This document shows, piece by piece, positions 1 to 12,594 of a stretch of 64,000 bases of DNA; positions within the stretch are counted from its first letter, which is position 1, and every line of letters begins with the position of its first letter. This stretch comes from Okamejei kenojei (taxonomy: Eukaryota), in assembly GCA_035221665.1 (NCBI GenBank), contig CM069164.1:14260001-14324000 (forward strand). Direction: 5' to 3'. A program made the position numbers and the translations under genes. The notes beneath the pieces were generated by a model, which worked only from the letters and a program-made list of their open reading frames with translations, was not told the DNA's origin and made no database searches.

Positions 1-420
1 GGACTGAGGAGAAACTTCATTCAGAGGGTGGTGAAGCTTTGGAATTCTCCACGAAACTGAGCTTGCAAGCGTGACGCCCTTCAGAGTAAATGATTGATAG
101 ACTCCAAACATGACAGGGACAGAGAGTTACTCCACTACTAGGTCTGCTAAATATATCACAGAAACTGGATAGGCCAGGGCCATTTTCCCTGGAGCTGCTT
201 GGTGACCTTAAAGAGGTTTGTAAAACTCGAAGATGGAGTCATATTCTTTCTTGAAGCGTCAGGTGTTGGTATAAACTGAGATGGGAAAGATTTAAGGGGA
301 CCCGAGGGATGTTTTTCCACTCAGTGGGTAGAGGATTATATTGAACAAACTGTCAGAGGAGGTAGTACAGGCGAGTACAGTTACCGCATGTTTAAAAGAC
401 ATTTGGACAGGTACATGGAT
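1..420 (+). mobile_element. CR1-like LINE 3' fragments
   Basis: Decayed 'FFTQRVV..WN.LP' motif twice, and TTTAAAAGACATTTGGACAGGTACATGGATAG. Confidence 0.6.
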
Positions 421-1289
421 AGCAATGGAACTCAATCTCCTGCCTCCCCACCCTCATAGCCGACTTGCTGGTCAATATGTTGATGACTGATCTACTCCAG
501 GCCGCAAACCTTCTCCATACTGTTCAACTTGTTCTGTCATTTAATAAGAGCACAGCCAATCTGATTGTAACCTCAATTCCACATTTGCCATCTAACCTTT
601 CACTCACTTGCTTTATCAAAAATCTCTAACTTTAATCAAAGATTCTGCATCAATTGCCTTTTAAAAAAAAAGTTTCAAAGGCTAATGATCCCCAAAAATA
701 AATCATCCCATCTTTACCTTAAAAGGGAGAACTTGGTTTTTAAATAGTGACCTAGTTATTTCTGGGTTGAAAAAGAGGAAACATTCTCCCTGCACCCACC
801 CTGTCAAGACACCTCAGTATCTATGTTTCAATCACGTCCCCTTTTGCTCTGTTATAGGCCCAGTAGATACCAGCCCAGCCCAAAGTAACTCCCTTTATGG
901 AAAAATAAGTGTGCGGTATTAATTTAAAGATTCTTAACACCATCGGTTGAGATAATCCAGTTTTAGGGTTAATATCACATTCAACAGTGCAATTGCTCTT
1001 GCCAGCGCTCCAATGATCGCATTTGTAGTGTTCAGGGCAGGTTTGAGAAACTGTGTGATCTGCTGCCCCCTGCATGTTTCAGTTGATGCCCGAGGCATCT
1101 TTCCCCACTGACAAGGTGAGGAGGATGTTCTGCAGAAGAGCACTGAGATGTCGAGAAAGCTGGCTTACACATTACCACCTGGAGTTAAGATTTACGTCAC
1201 TTCGGGGTTTGCAAAAAATTACAGAACACTACACTTGCTACTTCTTGTGAGAAGGTAGCATGCAGTGTCATAGATAAGGCGTGATGAAG

Positions 1290-1560
1290 AGTGTAGGAAG
1301 GAACTGCAGATGCTGGTTTAAACCAAAGATAGACACAAGATACTGTGAGAAGGGTCTCGACCCGAAACGTCGCCTATCTCCTTCGCTCCTTAGATGCTGC
1401 TGCACCCGCTGAGTTTCTCCAGCATTTTGTGTAACCCACTGTGAGTAACTCAGCGGGCCAGGCAGCATCTGTGGAGAGAAGGGAATGGGTGGCGTTTCAG
1501 AAACGTCATCCATTCCTTCTCTCCAGAGATGCTGCCTGTCCCCCCGAGTTACTCCAGTGT
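1290..1560. repeat. Cluster of Penelope-tail/hammerhead-like units in both orientations
   Basis: GAAGGGTCTCGACCCGAAACGTC at about 1349-1371, and a palindromic pair at about 1443-1558. Confidence 0.75.
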
Positions 1561-2189
1561 ATATCTTAGGTCTGATGAAGAAACAGCTTCAGGCTGATGT
1601 GTCTCGTTAAAGCTCTGTTTCAATGCTGTGATTCCTCCAGGATATACTTCACATTACCTACACCTTCAGTATACCCTAGAGCATCACAAGCTTTCCCATG
1701 TCCAATAGATTTACAAAGGATTGGACGTGTAATAAAAAGACTAATTGATCCAGTTTGCTCTCCACGACGCAGGAAGTTACCTGTCGTCAATCCGATGGGA
1801 TTAAGGGGGCTGGCTTCTGCTCAGGTGCCGAGGGAACAACAAAAAATGTCACCAACTCCTTTTCTCCAGAGATTATGTCTGACCCACTGAGTTACTCCAG
1901 TTTTGTGTCCATCCCTTGGAGTTTGCCCTGTTGAGCTCGGCTTTATTTCAAAAGCAAGTTTGTTTTATTAATATCTTCAGCTGAGAAACAATGTCCCATT
2001 TGGGACCGCGATGGCACCGGTCGCTCAGGCTGATGAACACTTCTACTCTTTTGTTTTCAGAGTTCAATCAATTAGCCAATTAAGAATCAATGAATCAACA
2101 ACTGACAGCCCAGTGAACTAAGATCGCTGATAAAATTAGTTAGCAGTCTGCAAGGTTTTGATAACTTACTCTTTTATAAAAGATTTAAG

Positions 2190-3300
2190 GTCATAAGTGA
2201 TAGAAGAATTAGGCCTTTCGGACCATCAAGTTACTCTGATATCCAATCATGGCTGATCTATCTCTCCCTCCTAACCCCATTCTCCCCATAACCCCGGACA
2301 CCTGTACTAATCAATAATCAACCTCTGCCTTAAAAATATCCAGACTTTGCCTCCACAGCCTTCTGTGGCAAAGAACCCCACAGATTCACCACCCTCTGAC
2401 TGAAGAAATTTATCCTAATCTTCTTCCTAAAAGAACATCGTTTATTTCTGAGGCTGACTTCTAGTCCTAGACTCCAACTCGTGGAAACATCCTCTCCACA
2501 TCCACTCTATCCAAGCCTTTCACTAGTCTGCATGTTTCAATTAGGTCCCCCCTTATTTTTTCTAAACTCCAGTGAGTATGGGCCCAGTGCCAACAAATGC
2601 TCATCGTAGGTTAACCTACTCATTCCTGGGATAATTCTTGTAAACCTCCTCTGGTCCCTCTCCAGAGACAGCACATCCTTCCTCAGATATTATGCCCAAA
2701 ATATTCCAAATGCAGCCTTGCCAGCACCTTATAGATCCTCAGCATTACACCCATTTTTGTATACAAGCACTCTTGAAATAAATGCCAGCATTGAGTTTGC
2801 TTTCTTTACTACCGTTTAGACTTGCAGATTAACCTTTTTGGAACTAGCACTCCCAAGTCCCTTTCCATCTCCAATTTCTGGATTATCTCCCATCTAGAAA
2901 AGTCTATGCCTTTATTCCTACTACCAAAATGCATGACTCCACACTTGGCTCCAAATGGTATATTCCATCTCACACTTCTCTGCCCACTTTCCTAACCTGT
3001 CCAAGTCCTTCTGCAGAGTCCCTGCTTCCTCTACAATACCTGCCCTTCCACCTATTTTCATATAATCTACAAACTTTGCCACCAAACATTCAATCCCCTT
3101 GTCCAAATCATTAATATACGTGAAGAGTAGCATCCCTGGCACCAAGCACTGCAGAACTCTGCTAGCTGCGACAGCCAACCAGAAAAGGCCCCCTTTATTG
3201 CCATCTTGTCTTCTGCCATCCAGCGATCCATACTAGTATCTGCCCTTTGATACCATGGGGCTCTCATCTTCCTTTGCAGCCTCAAATGTGGCACCTTATC
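2190..3300 (-). mobile_element. CR1/L2-type LINE (HER1-like) 3' fragment with decayed RT
   Basis: ORF 2921..3178 LLFTYINDLDKGIECLVAKFVDYMKIGG...LQKDLDRLGKWAEK matches the RT YINDL/FADDTK region. Conserved tail ATCAGCCATGAT. Confidence 0.85.
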
Positions 3301-3819
3301 AATTTGCTTTTTTGTATCTTAACCCCCAGTACTTTATTCCAAGTCTCTTTGGTGCTTTTACCTATGGCATAGAGGAAGCGGGGAACCATTAATTCATCCT
3401 GAGGAAGAGGCATCTGAAACGACAGAAAGATTAACACTGAAGTATATAACCTCTTTGCAAATATCAGGTAAGATCTCTGGAAAAATGGAATCAATCACAC
3501 AATGCATTTTCCAAAACAGAATGTAATGGAATCAAACATGACTTATTCTGTCACAACAAGCCATGGTGAAAATTAAAAGCAAACCTGACAGCTTACATTT
3601 GCGTAAATAGACTGATTGTGGCACAAAATGGCAAAATAATGCTAAGCACAGAGCAAGACCATAATATAAACATGATCCGGCATTCTGTTGGTGGGCACGG
3701 CAATGAGTGGTGAAACTGGATCTCAGGCAGAGCAGTCTTACCTGTTGTTGCTCAAAGCAGGTCAGAATCACAGGAGAGGCTACAACAGAGGACATGTCAG
3801 GTACATTCCATCCAACACA

Positions 3820-4520
3820 GGAATGTCAGGTATCACATTTCAAGAGGAAGAATGAGGAGAGGCAATATAAACAAGAGGGCACAATTCCAAGAGGAACAAA
3901 AACAAACAAATTGCGGTTTATTTGTGTAAATTGTTGAAAGTGGCCGGTCAGGCTGAGACAGAAGTTAAAATAACAAGATTCCAGGCTTTATAAATAGATG
4001 CATATAGTACAAGAACAAGGAAGCCCCGACAAACATTATAGGACAGCAGCTAGTAGTTTACACTCATGGTCTATAGTCCAGTTTTGGGTGCTATACTTTA
4101 GGGAAGACCTGAGGGAGAAGTTGCATAAGAGATTTGTTAGAATGATTCTAGGGATTAGGAGTTTATTATTTGGATAGGCTAGAGAGATTCTTGGAACAAG
4201 GGACGTTGAAAATTGATCCAATAAAGGTATTGAAAATCATGAACGGTCTGGAGCGAGTGGATGGAAACATTTCCTGTTAGTGGGGTGGTCAGGAAACATG
4301 AACATACCATGAAAGTCATTGGCAAAACCACCAAAATTGACACAAGGAAAAATTGCCTTCGGTGGTAAGTGGTTGGGGTCTGGAATGCTCTTCTTGGGGG
4401 AATGGAGAAGGCAGACTGAATTTGGGTGTTCAGAAAAGCACTGGAAAAAGAGCTTGGAAAAATAAAATTGCATTGAAAGCATGCGGCTGTCGCATCAATT
4501 AGACCCGACATACTGCATGT
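3820..4520 (+). mobile_element. Old CR1-like LINE fragment
   Basis: Decayed ORF2 C-terminal motifs (GTCCAGTTTTGG, AGAGATTTGTTAGAATGATT, GTCTGGAATGCTCT). Confidence 0.6.
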
Positions 4521-5418
4521 CATCTTTGTGCTGTCTTTCACATTATTTCATGCTATGAACAGCTTAAATAGTAGACAAGATTGTTCTACCTTATTTCTGT
4601 TCTCCTCACAGCATACCGTTTTGCCAGCAAACTTGGAAATTGTACCGTGTCCTGAAGTTTACATAATTAATGTGACATGATATATTTAGCTGCCAGCGGA
4701 AGTAGTTGAGGCAGGTACAATAACATTTAAAAGACATTTGGGAACGTACATGCATGGGAGTTGGGCCAAACACACCAAATGGGACTAGCATAGATGGGGT
4801 ATCTTGGTTGACATAATTGGGCTGCAGGGCCTGTTTCCTTGCTGTGTGGCTCAGACTGGACAATATAACCAGATCCTGCTGTTGGGACGAGTGAACACAT
4901 CTGAGTGAAGTAAAATATCTATTTTCCGCATGCTCTTTTTTTCGCAAAAAGGGTACACAACTGACATACTTAAATATCCTTTCACTTCTCTAATGGTAAA
5001 AAAATAAAACAACTAATCTATTTTCAATTACACTGGCTCAGAAATAAATAATCACAACACAAAGAAATGCAACATTATTGCATTGGGGTATTTGTGGAAG
5101 CTGACAGTATGCAAGATGTCCCCAAAATGGATTTCACCTCAATCAGTATGGGATTTCCTAACATTACAAAAGGTAATGTTAATGGCTCATGCTTTCAATC
5201 ACATTTTGCTCAGACATTTAGACATATCTAAACAAAATGGACAAAAGCAATCTGGGAACAAAGCAACAAGACAATTTTCTGAAGTAGGGTCTCGACCCGA
5301 AACGTCACCCATCCCTTCTCCCCAGAGATGCTGCCTGTCCCACTGAGTTACTCCAGCATTTTGTGTCCATCTTCAGTTGCATTTTGATTTTTGGCCAGTT
5401 TAATAATATTTAGCCATT

Positions 5419-5670
5419 TAGAACGGAGACGAGGAAAACTTTTTCACACGGAGTTGCGAGTCTGTGGAATTCCCTGTCTCAGGAGACAGTGGAGGCCAGT
5501 TCTCTGGATGTTTTCAAGAGAGTTAGATAGAGCTCTTATAGATAGCGGAGTCAGGGGATATGGGGAGAAGGCAGGAACGGGGTACTGATTGTGGATGATC
5601 AGCCATGATCACATTGAATGGTGGTGCTGGCTCGAAGGGACGAATGGCCTACTCCTGCACCTATTGTCTA
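5419..5670 (+). mobile_element. Young CR1/L2-type LINE 3' end
   Basis: GVRGYGEKAGTGY* followed by GATGATCAGCCATGATCACATTGAATGG...GAATGGCCTACTCCTGCACCTATTGTCTAT. Closely similar copy at 52653-52940. Confidence 0.85.
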
Positions 5671-6619
5671 TAAACCAGCAATGGCAGTTCCTTCCTAAAC
5701 AATTTTATCTCGTATTCTAGGAGAAAGAAAATGGCGTCATTTGCTTGGTGTGTCCTCCCTCTGGTCCATACATCGATATTAAACAGCAGAAACAAGGGAG
5801 TTCTTGTTTCAGAACTTAATCTGCAATTACAGATCAAGCATCCAGTACTCTTGCCTGTGTTTTAAACTGTGTTGTGTATTTCAAGGATAGGATTACAGCT
5901 CATAACTCAACCATAAAATGCAGCGCTTAAGTGGTTCTATTTTAATATACAAATGCAACATTAACCTATTGAGATATATCAGCGCAACAAGACGCATATT
6001 TTTGAGTCTTAACAAAATCTGACAAGTAAATCTTGTCTGCCATAGTAAACACAATAAAGATCCGTACAGATTCATTCTTTCACACAATTATACAAACCAT
6101 ACCTCCAAAATAAAATTCTCGGAGGGTTCAACAGGATAAATTCTATGGACGTGTTGGGCTGAAGCGCCGATCTCTCTGCTGTAGGATAACAAATTAAAGG
6201 CTCACAGGAGAAAAGGTCTTGAACCAAAACTTCACCAAATCCTTTTCCCCAGAGATGTTGCCTGATCTGTTGAGGTACTCCAGCTTTTTGTGTCTATCTC
6301 TGGTGTAGACCAGCATCTCCAGTTCCTTCCTGCTCATAAAGGCCCAGAGGGCTGTGAACCTACATAATTTTCTACCCCAGCAGCTGTAGACCCTCAGATA
6401 TTCAATAGTGAAGTTTCAGCAACAACACATGTTTACGCACCATGGGAACCGAGAGGACAGTCCAGAGAGTCTGTGGAGGCGTCAGACGATCAGTGATGAT
6501 CTTATTGGAATCGATCCAGGGCATACTCCCACCTCTTTTCTCCCGAGGAACATTTACACTCCTTACATCCCCAACAGGCCACAAAGAGCACTCATGAAAC
6601 CAAACATCATTCAACATTT

Positions 6620-6665
6620 TACTGGAATTTACAAACACAAGGATGCAGTTTTTATTTATGTACAC
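6620..6665 (-). terminator. Candidate MORF4L1 polyadenylation signal
   Basis: Minus strand reads TGTACATAAATAAA (UGUA then AATAAA at 6656-6651), followed by GT-rich sequence. No repeats recognised between about 6400 and 8317, which fits a ~1.7 kb 3' UTR. Alternative signals: AATAAA 6939-6934 and ATTAAA near 7665. Confidence 0.5.
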
Positions 6666-8317
6666 AAACAACAGGCAAGTTCTGATGTGCGTTGAAAGTG
6701 AGCATCAGATTGGACCTTCCATTCTCAGGTACAAGTTCTTAGAATTGCCCAGTCTTCAATGAACAGAAACAGACTTTGAAAAGTCCACAGGTTTACTTGT
6801 GATAAGTTGTATAAAAAATGAACATGAATTTGAATATTATACATTATCAAATACAAATGCAGATAAGAATCTAAAAAAAACAGAAGATTTTACATAACTG
6901 CATCTTTGGAAAATCGACTCCCAAAAAGATCCATTTATTGATGTTATGCAGTAGAGTGACAGCTCTGTTTCCTGTACAAAGCCAATATACCAGGGATGGC
7001 AATATATTTCTCTGGCAGAATCTCGCACTTTGTCCTTCCTGGTGATATCACTCTGTCATTGGTGCCACAAAGGTTTTTCTATATACAATTTGTGCAGGAA
7101 TGGAGATTTCTTGAGTTGTATATGGTTAGGCTGCTCTGTCCCACTCCCGCACTGCTGTGCACAGGCTTTTGACAATGCTTTTGTGATTCCCTGTAGTCCT
7201 GTGCAGATTGGCGAGGAAGTCCATCAGCTGTTAGCTGCATCACTATCGTAAGGCTTTCAGCAAAGTAAACTCTGATTAACCAGCAAAAGTTTCAACACAA
7301 GTTAGTTCTGTACAAAATTTGAGGAAACAATACATCACCTCCCCCAATGCATCACCCTTCCCTTGCAGACTACCCGAGTGTAGACTTGACACCCACAACA
7401 GGGAAGACATCCCAGTCTGAGCTGAAACGTTTCTTACCCAAGTAGCCAGAGCACACTGTTTGACAGGGATCTGAACCAAATGCTGTTTAATAACTTCAGA
7501 GCTTGTTGTGTGAGCCCTTGACATGGTTCACACATGAAAAACGGCTATCGCAGAACGATGCCAGAACACTGCTAAAAACGTGGAGTGTGGCTGCACCCCA
7601 GACAGATCAGCACCCTCAGGCAAGGAGGAAGAAAAATGTTTCTTCTTTCCTGCCAAGAGAATTTAATTAGCTTTTCAAAGCTCACTTTTACAGGAATTTT
7701 CTTCCTTCTCCGGGTTGAAAGTGTTGGAATGGAAATTGCTTCCATTTCCCATCTGTATTAAGCACTCAACTGTGCATTTTTACAAACCAAAAAAAAGCTG
7801 ACTATTAAATGTATTTTCCACAAATGGATTAAAATCCACATGCAGCACATGATAGTTAAAATCCACCTCCTTGTATCATCAAGAGCTGAAAAATTACAAA
7901 CGTGTTCTTTGTTATCATGGAGCCCAAGTTCAAACTAATTTATCAGCCCAAAAACCAGGGCTATGATATAACCAATAAGCATAAACTGGATGTTTACAAC
8001 ACAACCATGATTAAGAACATTTTTAATGTTTGTATCCAAGGATAAAACCAAACCATTCAGGAATTAAAGTATCTGGTTTACTCGACACTGGTTCCACTAC
8101 CCACACTCCATTTGCCAAAAGACTACCAGAGGATGAAAAACCATCAATGGTAAAAGTCTACTAAAGTGGTTTACAAATTACATTTGGAACCTCATTGCTG
8201 CAGGTACCAGCGGCAACAACTGCTGTACTTCAAATTGGTTAAAAAAAAAACCTGTACAAATAAAAGTTAAATACAAAGAGAAATCATTACCAAAAGGTGA
8301 AATTACAGTTAGCACAG

Positions 8318-8402
8318 TCACACGGCCTTTCGATGATATTCTGGTGGTGCCACTTCATAATCACTTGGACTGAAGAGACTTGAAGCGTTCTTCACCAAGT
8401 AC
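8318..8402 (-). CDS. MORF4L1: MORF4L1 terminal coding exon 12 (YLVKNASSLFSPSDYEVAPPEYHRKAV*)
   Basis: Acceptor tttcag|, stop TGA at 8320-8318. The 12 exons sum to 975 nt (324 aa plus stop). Confidence 0.97.
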
Positions 8403-9149
8403 CTGAAAATGATGTGGGGTTGAAGAAAATAGAGTTACGAATAACAATTCAGAGTTACCAAGATGGTCAGTCACACCCTAATTTGCCTTCTCTATATTCT
8501 CCATATTTCTTTGGAAGCCAAACCTCTCAAAGAGGAAACACCAAACTGTCAGAGTTTAGTTCAACTTAAGCCACTGGAAGAGTAGGGCAGTTCTCTTTCA
8601 GCAACCCATGCACACTTGGAATGATATAGCTCAGAAATTCTAATGGAGAGCCCCCATGATACACGGATCTGACTTAAATGAAGGGTCGACTCAAATGAAG
8701 GACCAAGATAAGATTATCCAACTTCCCTGCAGTGCCTAGCCCCTGCAAACCAATCCAATCATAAAGGATGCAATTCCTAGTCCTGAGTGAAGCCACTAAC
8801 TGTAAACCAGTTGTAAATATATCTTTGGATCTTAAATTCACTAAATGTGAAATCATCTTTCCACTTGCTCTTCATTATGAACACATAACATTCTCAAATA
8901 CACTCATATGCTGGATCTAGTTTGCTCGAGGCAGTTTTAAATATGCTAAACTTGCAAGATATATATTGGCAATTTAAGGTCTACATGGACTCTGATGCAG
9001 CCCACATTTACACTGCACCTCCAATTTCTGTGCGTTGGATGCTCACCAAATCCTCCACCTCTCAACTGTTCCAACCCACACCACAAAAAGCTGTTGAGCC
9101 AGAGATAATGGATAGCAGGCAAATTTGTGAAAGAACCCCTATTTTTGCA

Positions 9150-10500
9150 CATTCAAGGCAGCAAACGGGAGGGCAAATATAAGACGTGAAATGGAGCTGG
9201 CATGTAAAGGTAAATCCTAACAGATTCTGCAGGCATACTAAGTGCAAAAAAGTGGATTGGGATAAAAGAGCCCCCCTTAAAGATCAACATGGCCATCTGT
9301 GTGTAGAGCCATAAAAGATGGGGGAGATATTAACTTAATGCTTCTCACCAGTCTCGACTGAGAATATCATGGAAGCCAAGAAAGGGAAGCAGAGGTGTTG
9401 TGATGTCTTAGATCAGGGGTCTCCAAGCTATGGCCAGTGGGCCACATCCATCCCGCCACGAGATTTTATCCGGTCCACAACAAGCTCTTAACACGTTCCG
9501 TGCAGCGGGCTATTTAACGGGTTCTGTGGTAGCGCAGGATCATACATGTCAGTTTGCCGTATACTATCAAGTTGAGGGTTTGTGTGCAGCTGCTGACAGG
9601 TTACCGTTAGTTGTACGTGACTAATACCCAGGGGAGCAGTGCTGCCGGAGCTCACCGGAGCGCCGCTAGTGGGTGTGTGGTCAGGGTAACCTGGTTGAAA
9701 GAGGAGGAAGACCCATCACTAACGAGGTTCCCTGTAGGAGGGGAGGAGCACTAGGACCCAGCAGAGTCAGACCACATGCTGTCTGCATCGTGGAGGTTGT
9801 GGGCCTGGTGTTGAGTGGAACTCTGGTGAGGTGATGGCTCTGGCCCGCTGGTGGCTGGTGGAGAGGCGAGGGTCGGTGGAATTGCTGGTGGGGACTAGAG
9901 TAGAGATACGGGTCGGCAGCAGCGGCCCTGGGAAGACAGTGAAGGTCAGCGACAGTGGCCTGTGAGCGAGTGAGTGGTTGACATTTATTTTTTCCTACGG
10001 CCTGCAAAATGTGCCAAATATATAAAGTGGCCCTTATGCTGAAAAGTTTGGAGGCCCTGTCTTAGATCAATATAAAAGACCAAAGAGGAGATATTGTCAT
10101 TTTGAAAGCAATTTTAGGTGGATAAATCCCCAGGTGGGCGCCTGCTACAAGATATCATTACGGTCGAAGGGGTCAGAAGAGATGCCCCAGAATATTACTT
10201 GGGTTTGCAGACATGGGTTATGGGGAGAGGTTAGATAGGCTGGCACTTTTTCTTCGAATGTAGGGGTGACTTTATTGAGGTGTACAGTGTCAGGAGGCAC
10301 ATGAATAAAGTGTAAGCACCCAGTATTTTCTGCAGGGTAGAGGATTGTAAAAATAGAGGACAGAAGTTTAAGGCAAGAGGGTAGAGATTTAAGAGGGACG
10401 TCAGGAGCAATTTTTTCATTCAGAGGATAGCCCTTAGCTAGAATGGGCTGCAGAGGAAATTATAGAAGTCGACACAATTATGACTGTTAAAATACATTTG
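9150..10500 (+). mobile_element. Old CR1-like LINE fragments split by the hAT MITE
   Basis: AAGGTAAATCCTAA..GATTCT, GGTGGATAAATCCCCAGG (VDKSPG), AGAGGACAGAAGTTTAAGG and related ORF2 motifs. Confidence 0.65.
9414..10059. mobile_element. Non-autonomous hAT (Charlie-like) DNA transposon/MITE, 646 bp
   Basis: Imperfect TIRs CAGGGGTCTCCAAGCT and AGTTTGGAGGCCCTG. Exact 8-bp TSD TCTTAGAT at 9406-9413 and 10060-10067. Nested in a CR1-like fragment. Confidence 0.88.
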
Positions 10501-10857
10501 TTTTCCCTTAATCCCAACCACTTCATCCGACATTGTACATGTATTCTTTACTGCCAATCCTTAATCCCTTGCTAAATTCTGTACTTGCTCAAAATTTCAA
10601 TCTACCACTTCTGATAATGACTACAAGGTAAAAACAGTTCATTCTCCACATGACCCGATTATTTTCCCAGAATTTAGTCCCTTAAGGCGATTTTCACTGG
10701 TATGCAGACCAGACTTTAAATGTTTGTCATTATGACATTCCACACAACTTCCTATATGTTACCCAGGCTGTAAGAACATTCACCCCATTATCCACCGTGT
10801 TTTTAAAGGCGTAGGAAATGTTATTGTTTTAGACCGAAGATAGACAAAAAATGCTGG

Positions 10858-11260
10858 TAGACAAAAATGCTGGAAAAACTCAGCGGGCAAGGCAGCATCT
10901 ATGGAGCGAAGGAAATTGGCAATGTTTTTTGGGTCAAGACCCTTCCTCAGACTGAAGAAGGCCTTTGACCCGAAACGTTGCCCATTTCCTTCGCTCCATA
11001 GATGCTGCCTCACCCACCGTGTTTTTCCAGCATTTGTCTACCTTTGATTTTCCAGCATCTGCAGTTCCTTCTTAAACACAAAATGCTGGAATAATTCAGC
11101 GGAACAAGCAGCATCTCTGGATAGTAGGAATGGGCGGCGTTTTAAGTCGAGACCCTTCTTCAGACTCTCTGAAGAAGGGTCTCAACCTGAAACATCGCCC
11201 ATTCCTTCTATCCAGAGATGCTGCCTGTTCCGCTGAGTTACTCCAGCATTGTGTGTATAT
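10858..11260. repeat. Two adjacent ~185-bp palindromes, each a head-to-head pair of Penelope-tail units
   Basis: 10858-11040 centred near 10950 (CTTCCTCAG-A-CTGAAGAAG). 11076-11258 centred near 11166 (CTTCTTCAG-ACTCT-CTGAAGAAG). Confidence 0.85.
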
Positions 11261-11296
11261 TTTTAAAGGCTTTGGGTATTTTGAAATTTTACTTAC

Positions 11297-11381
11297 TTTA
11301 AGAAATCGTGCAAGTAATTTAGCAGCAAGGCCAAACTCTTCTCATCCAAAGGCGTGTACGCTAGCATTGCTCCTATTCGCA
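11297..11381 (-). CDS. MORF4L1: MORF4L1 exon 11 (VRIGAMLAYTPLDEKSLALLLNYLHDFL/K)
   Basis: Acceptor taacag|, donor AA|gtaagt, 85 nt. Confidence 0.97.
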
Positions 11382-12201
11382 CTGTTAGAGAGAAGCTGGA
11401 CTTTAGAAGAAAATATTGTTACAGCACTCATTCCACAGAATAGAAGTGGGCTAATTAAAGTAGTTAGCCCGTGGGCTGATCAAAGCAGTTTGCCTATGCT
11501 TCACACAACTCTCCTTCAGTAATAACATCTCAGTGTCTCCAATTATTTCAGATATTTAACTAAATGCTTGTTATTCACTCCGTCTGGCAACAAGCCCCAC
11601 ATTCTCAGCACTCTGCACATTAGCAATCTCCTCAATTCCGACTGGATTTTTAGTAATTTAGTTTTGCCTTCAGACTGGATTATCCATGCAACCACCTGAT
11701 CAAATCCTTTTGTAATATAAAAGGGGTCGTCATCCTTCAGTTTTCTGCAAGCTCTGCTTTGTGCGTCCTTCTCTGATAAACGCGCTATTATTACTCTATT
11801 ATCTTCACACATCAAAGCATTGGCAATAGCAAAATGGACATATTTTAGCGTGGAAAATACCATGATACTCACTCCTTCACACATATTTGACCAAGTGAAT
11901 GCAATCAAAGTTCTCTAAAATGGTCCAGCGAGAAGCAACTGGGATGAAGTTGATTGTTTCTATTTTTTACATCAGGTTTCTAGCACCGGATGTTTTTGAT
12001 TTTATTTCACCTCATTTCTGAAGGGCAACTTTCTCCACACAGAGGGTGGTATGTAGTGGAACGAGCTGCCTACTTTCAAATGAGAAATATCAAACTGTGT
12101 TACAGAGGGCTGCAACATCTCCAGCTTCTGCAGAATGAAGGAACAAAACTCTGAAGACTCGGCACAGAGCAAAAATAATTCAGGAAGTTAATCAAACTTG
12201 C

Positions 12202-12374
12202 CAAACAATCGAAGGAGATGTGGTGCTCCGTAAATCTGTGCCATAGATGCATCAGGGTGATCTGCCAGGATCTCTGCATATTGTGGACGCTCAAATTTGT
12301 ACAGCAGCTGAGTCCCCAACATTACATTGAAGTATTCCTTTATTCCTGCAACTACTTCATTAACGGCATATTCC
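12202..12374 (-). CDS. MORF4L1: MORF4L1 exon 10 ([57 protein letters not shown])
   Basis: Acceptor tttcag|, 173 nt, non-canonical donor G|gcaagt. Core MRG motifs LLYKFER and [10 protein letters not shown]. Confidence 0.96.
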
Positions 12375-12594
12375 CTGAAAATGAAAAATCACAACTGAGC
12401 AACCAGGAGAACACCGCAATCAGTTTTTGTCATTAGAAATAATCAAAGTACCAGAGCAACCCCAAGATGAAGTTTGATAGTTTTATTTGGTAGATTGAGA
12501 GACAAGATTTTCCTGAATTTATATTCTTGGAATTCACTACCCCAAGGATCAGCAGAGGCAGAGTAACTGAATACATCCAAAATGCAGTTGCTCT

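Noticed and set aside
1-6400. CTSH 3' exons, expected downstream of MORF4L1 by human synteny
   Set aside because: No cathepsin motif such as KNSWG was recognised. The region is mostly repeats.
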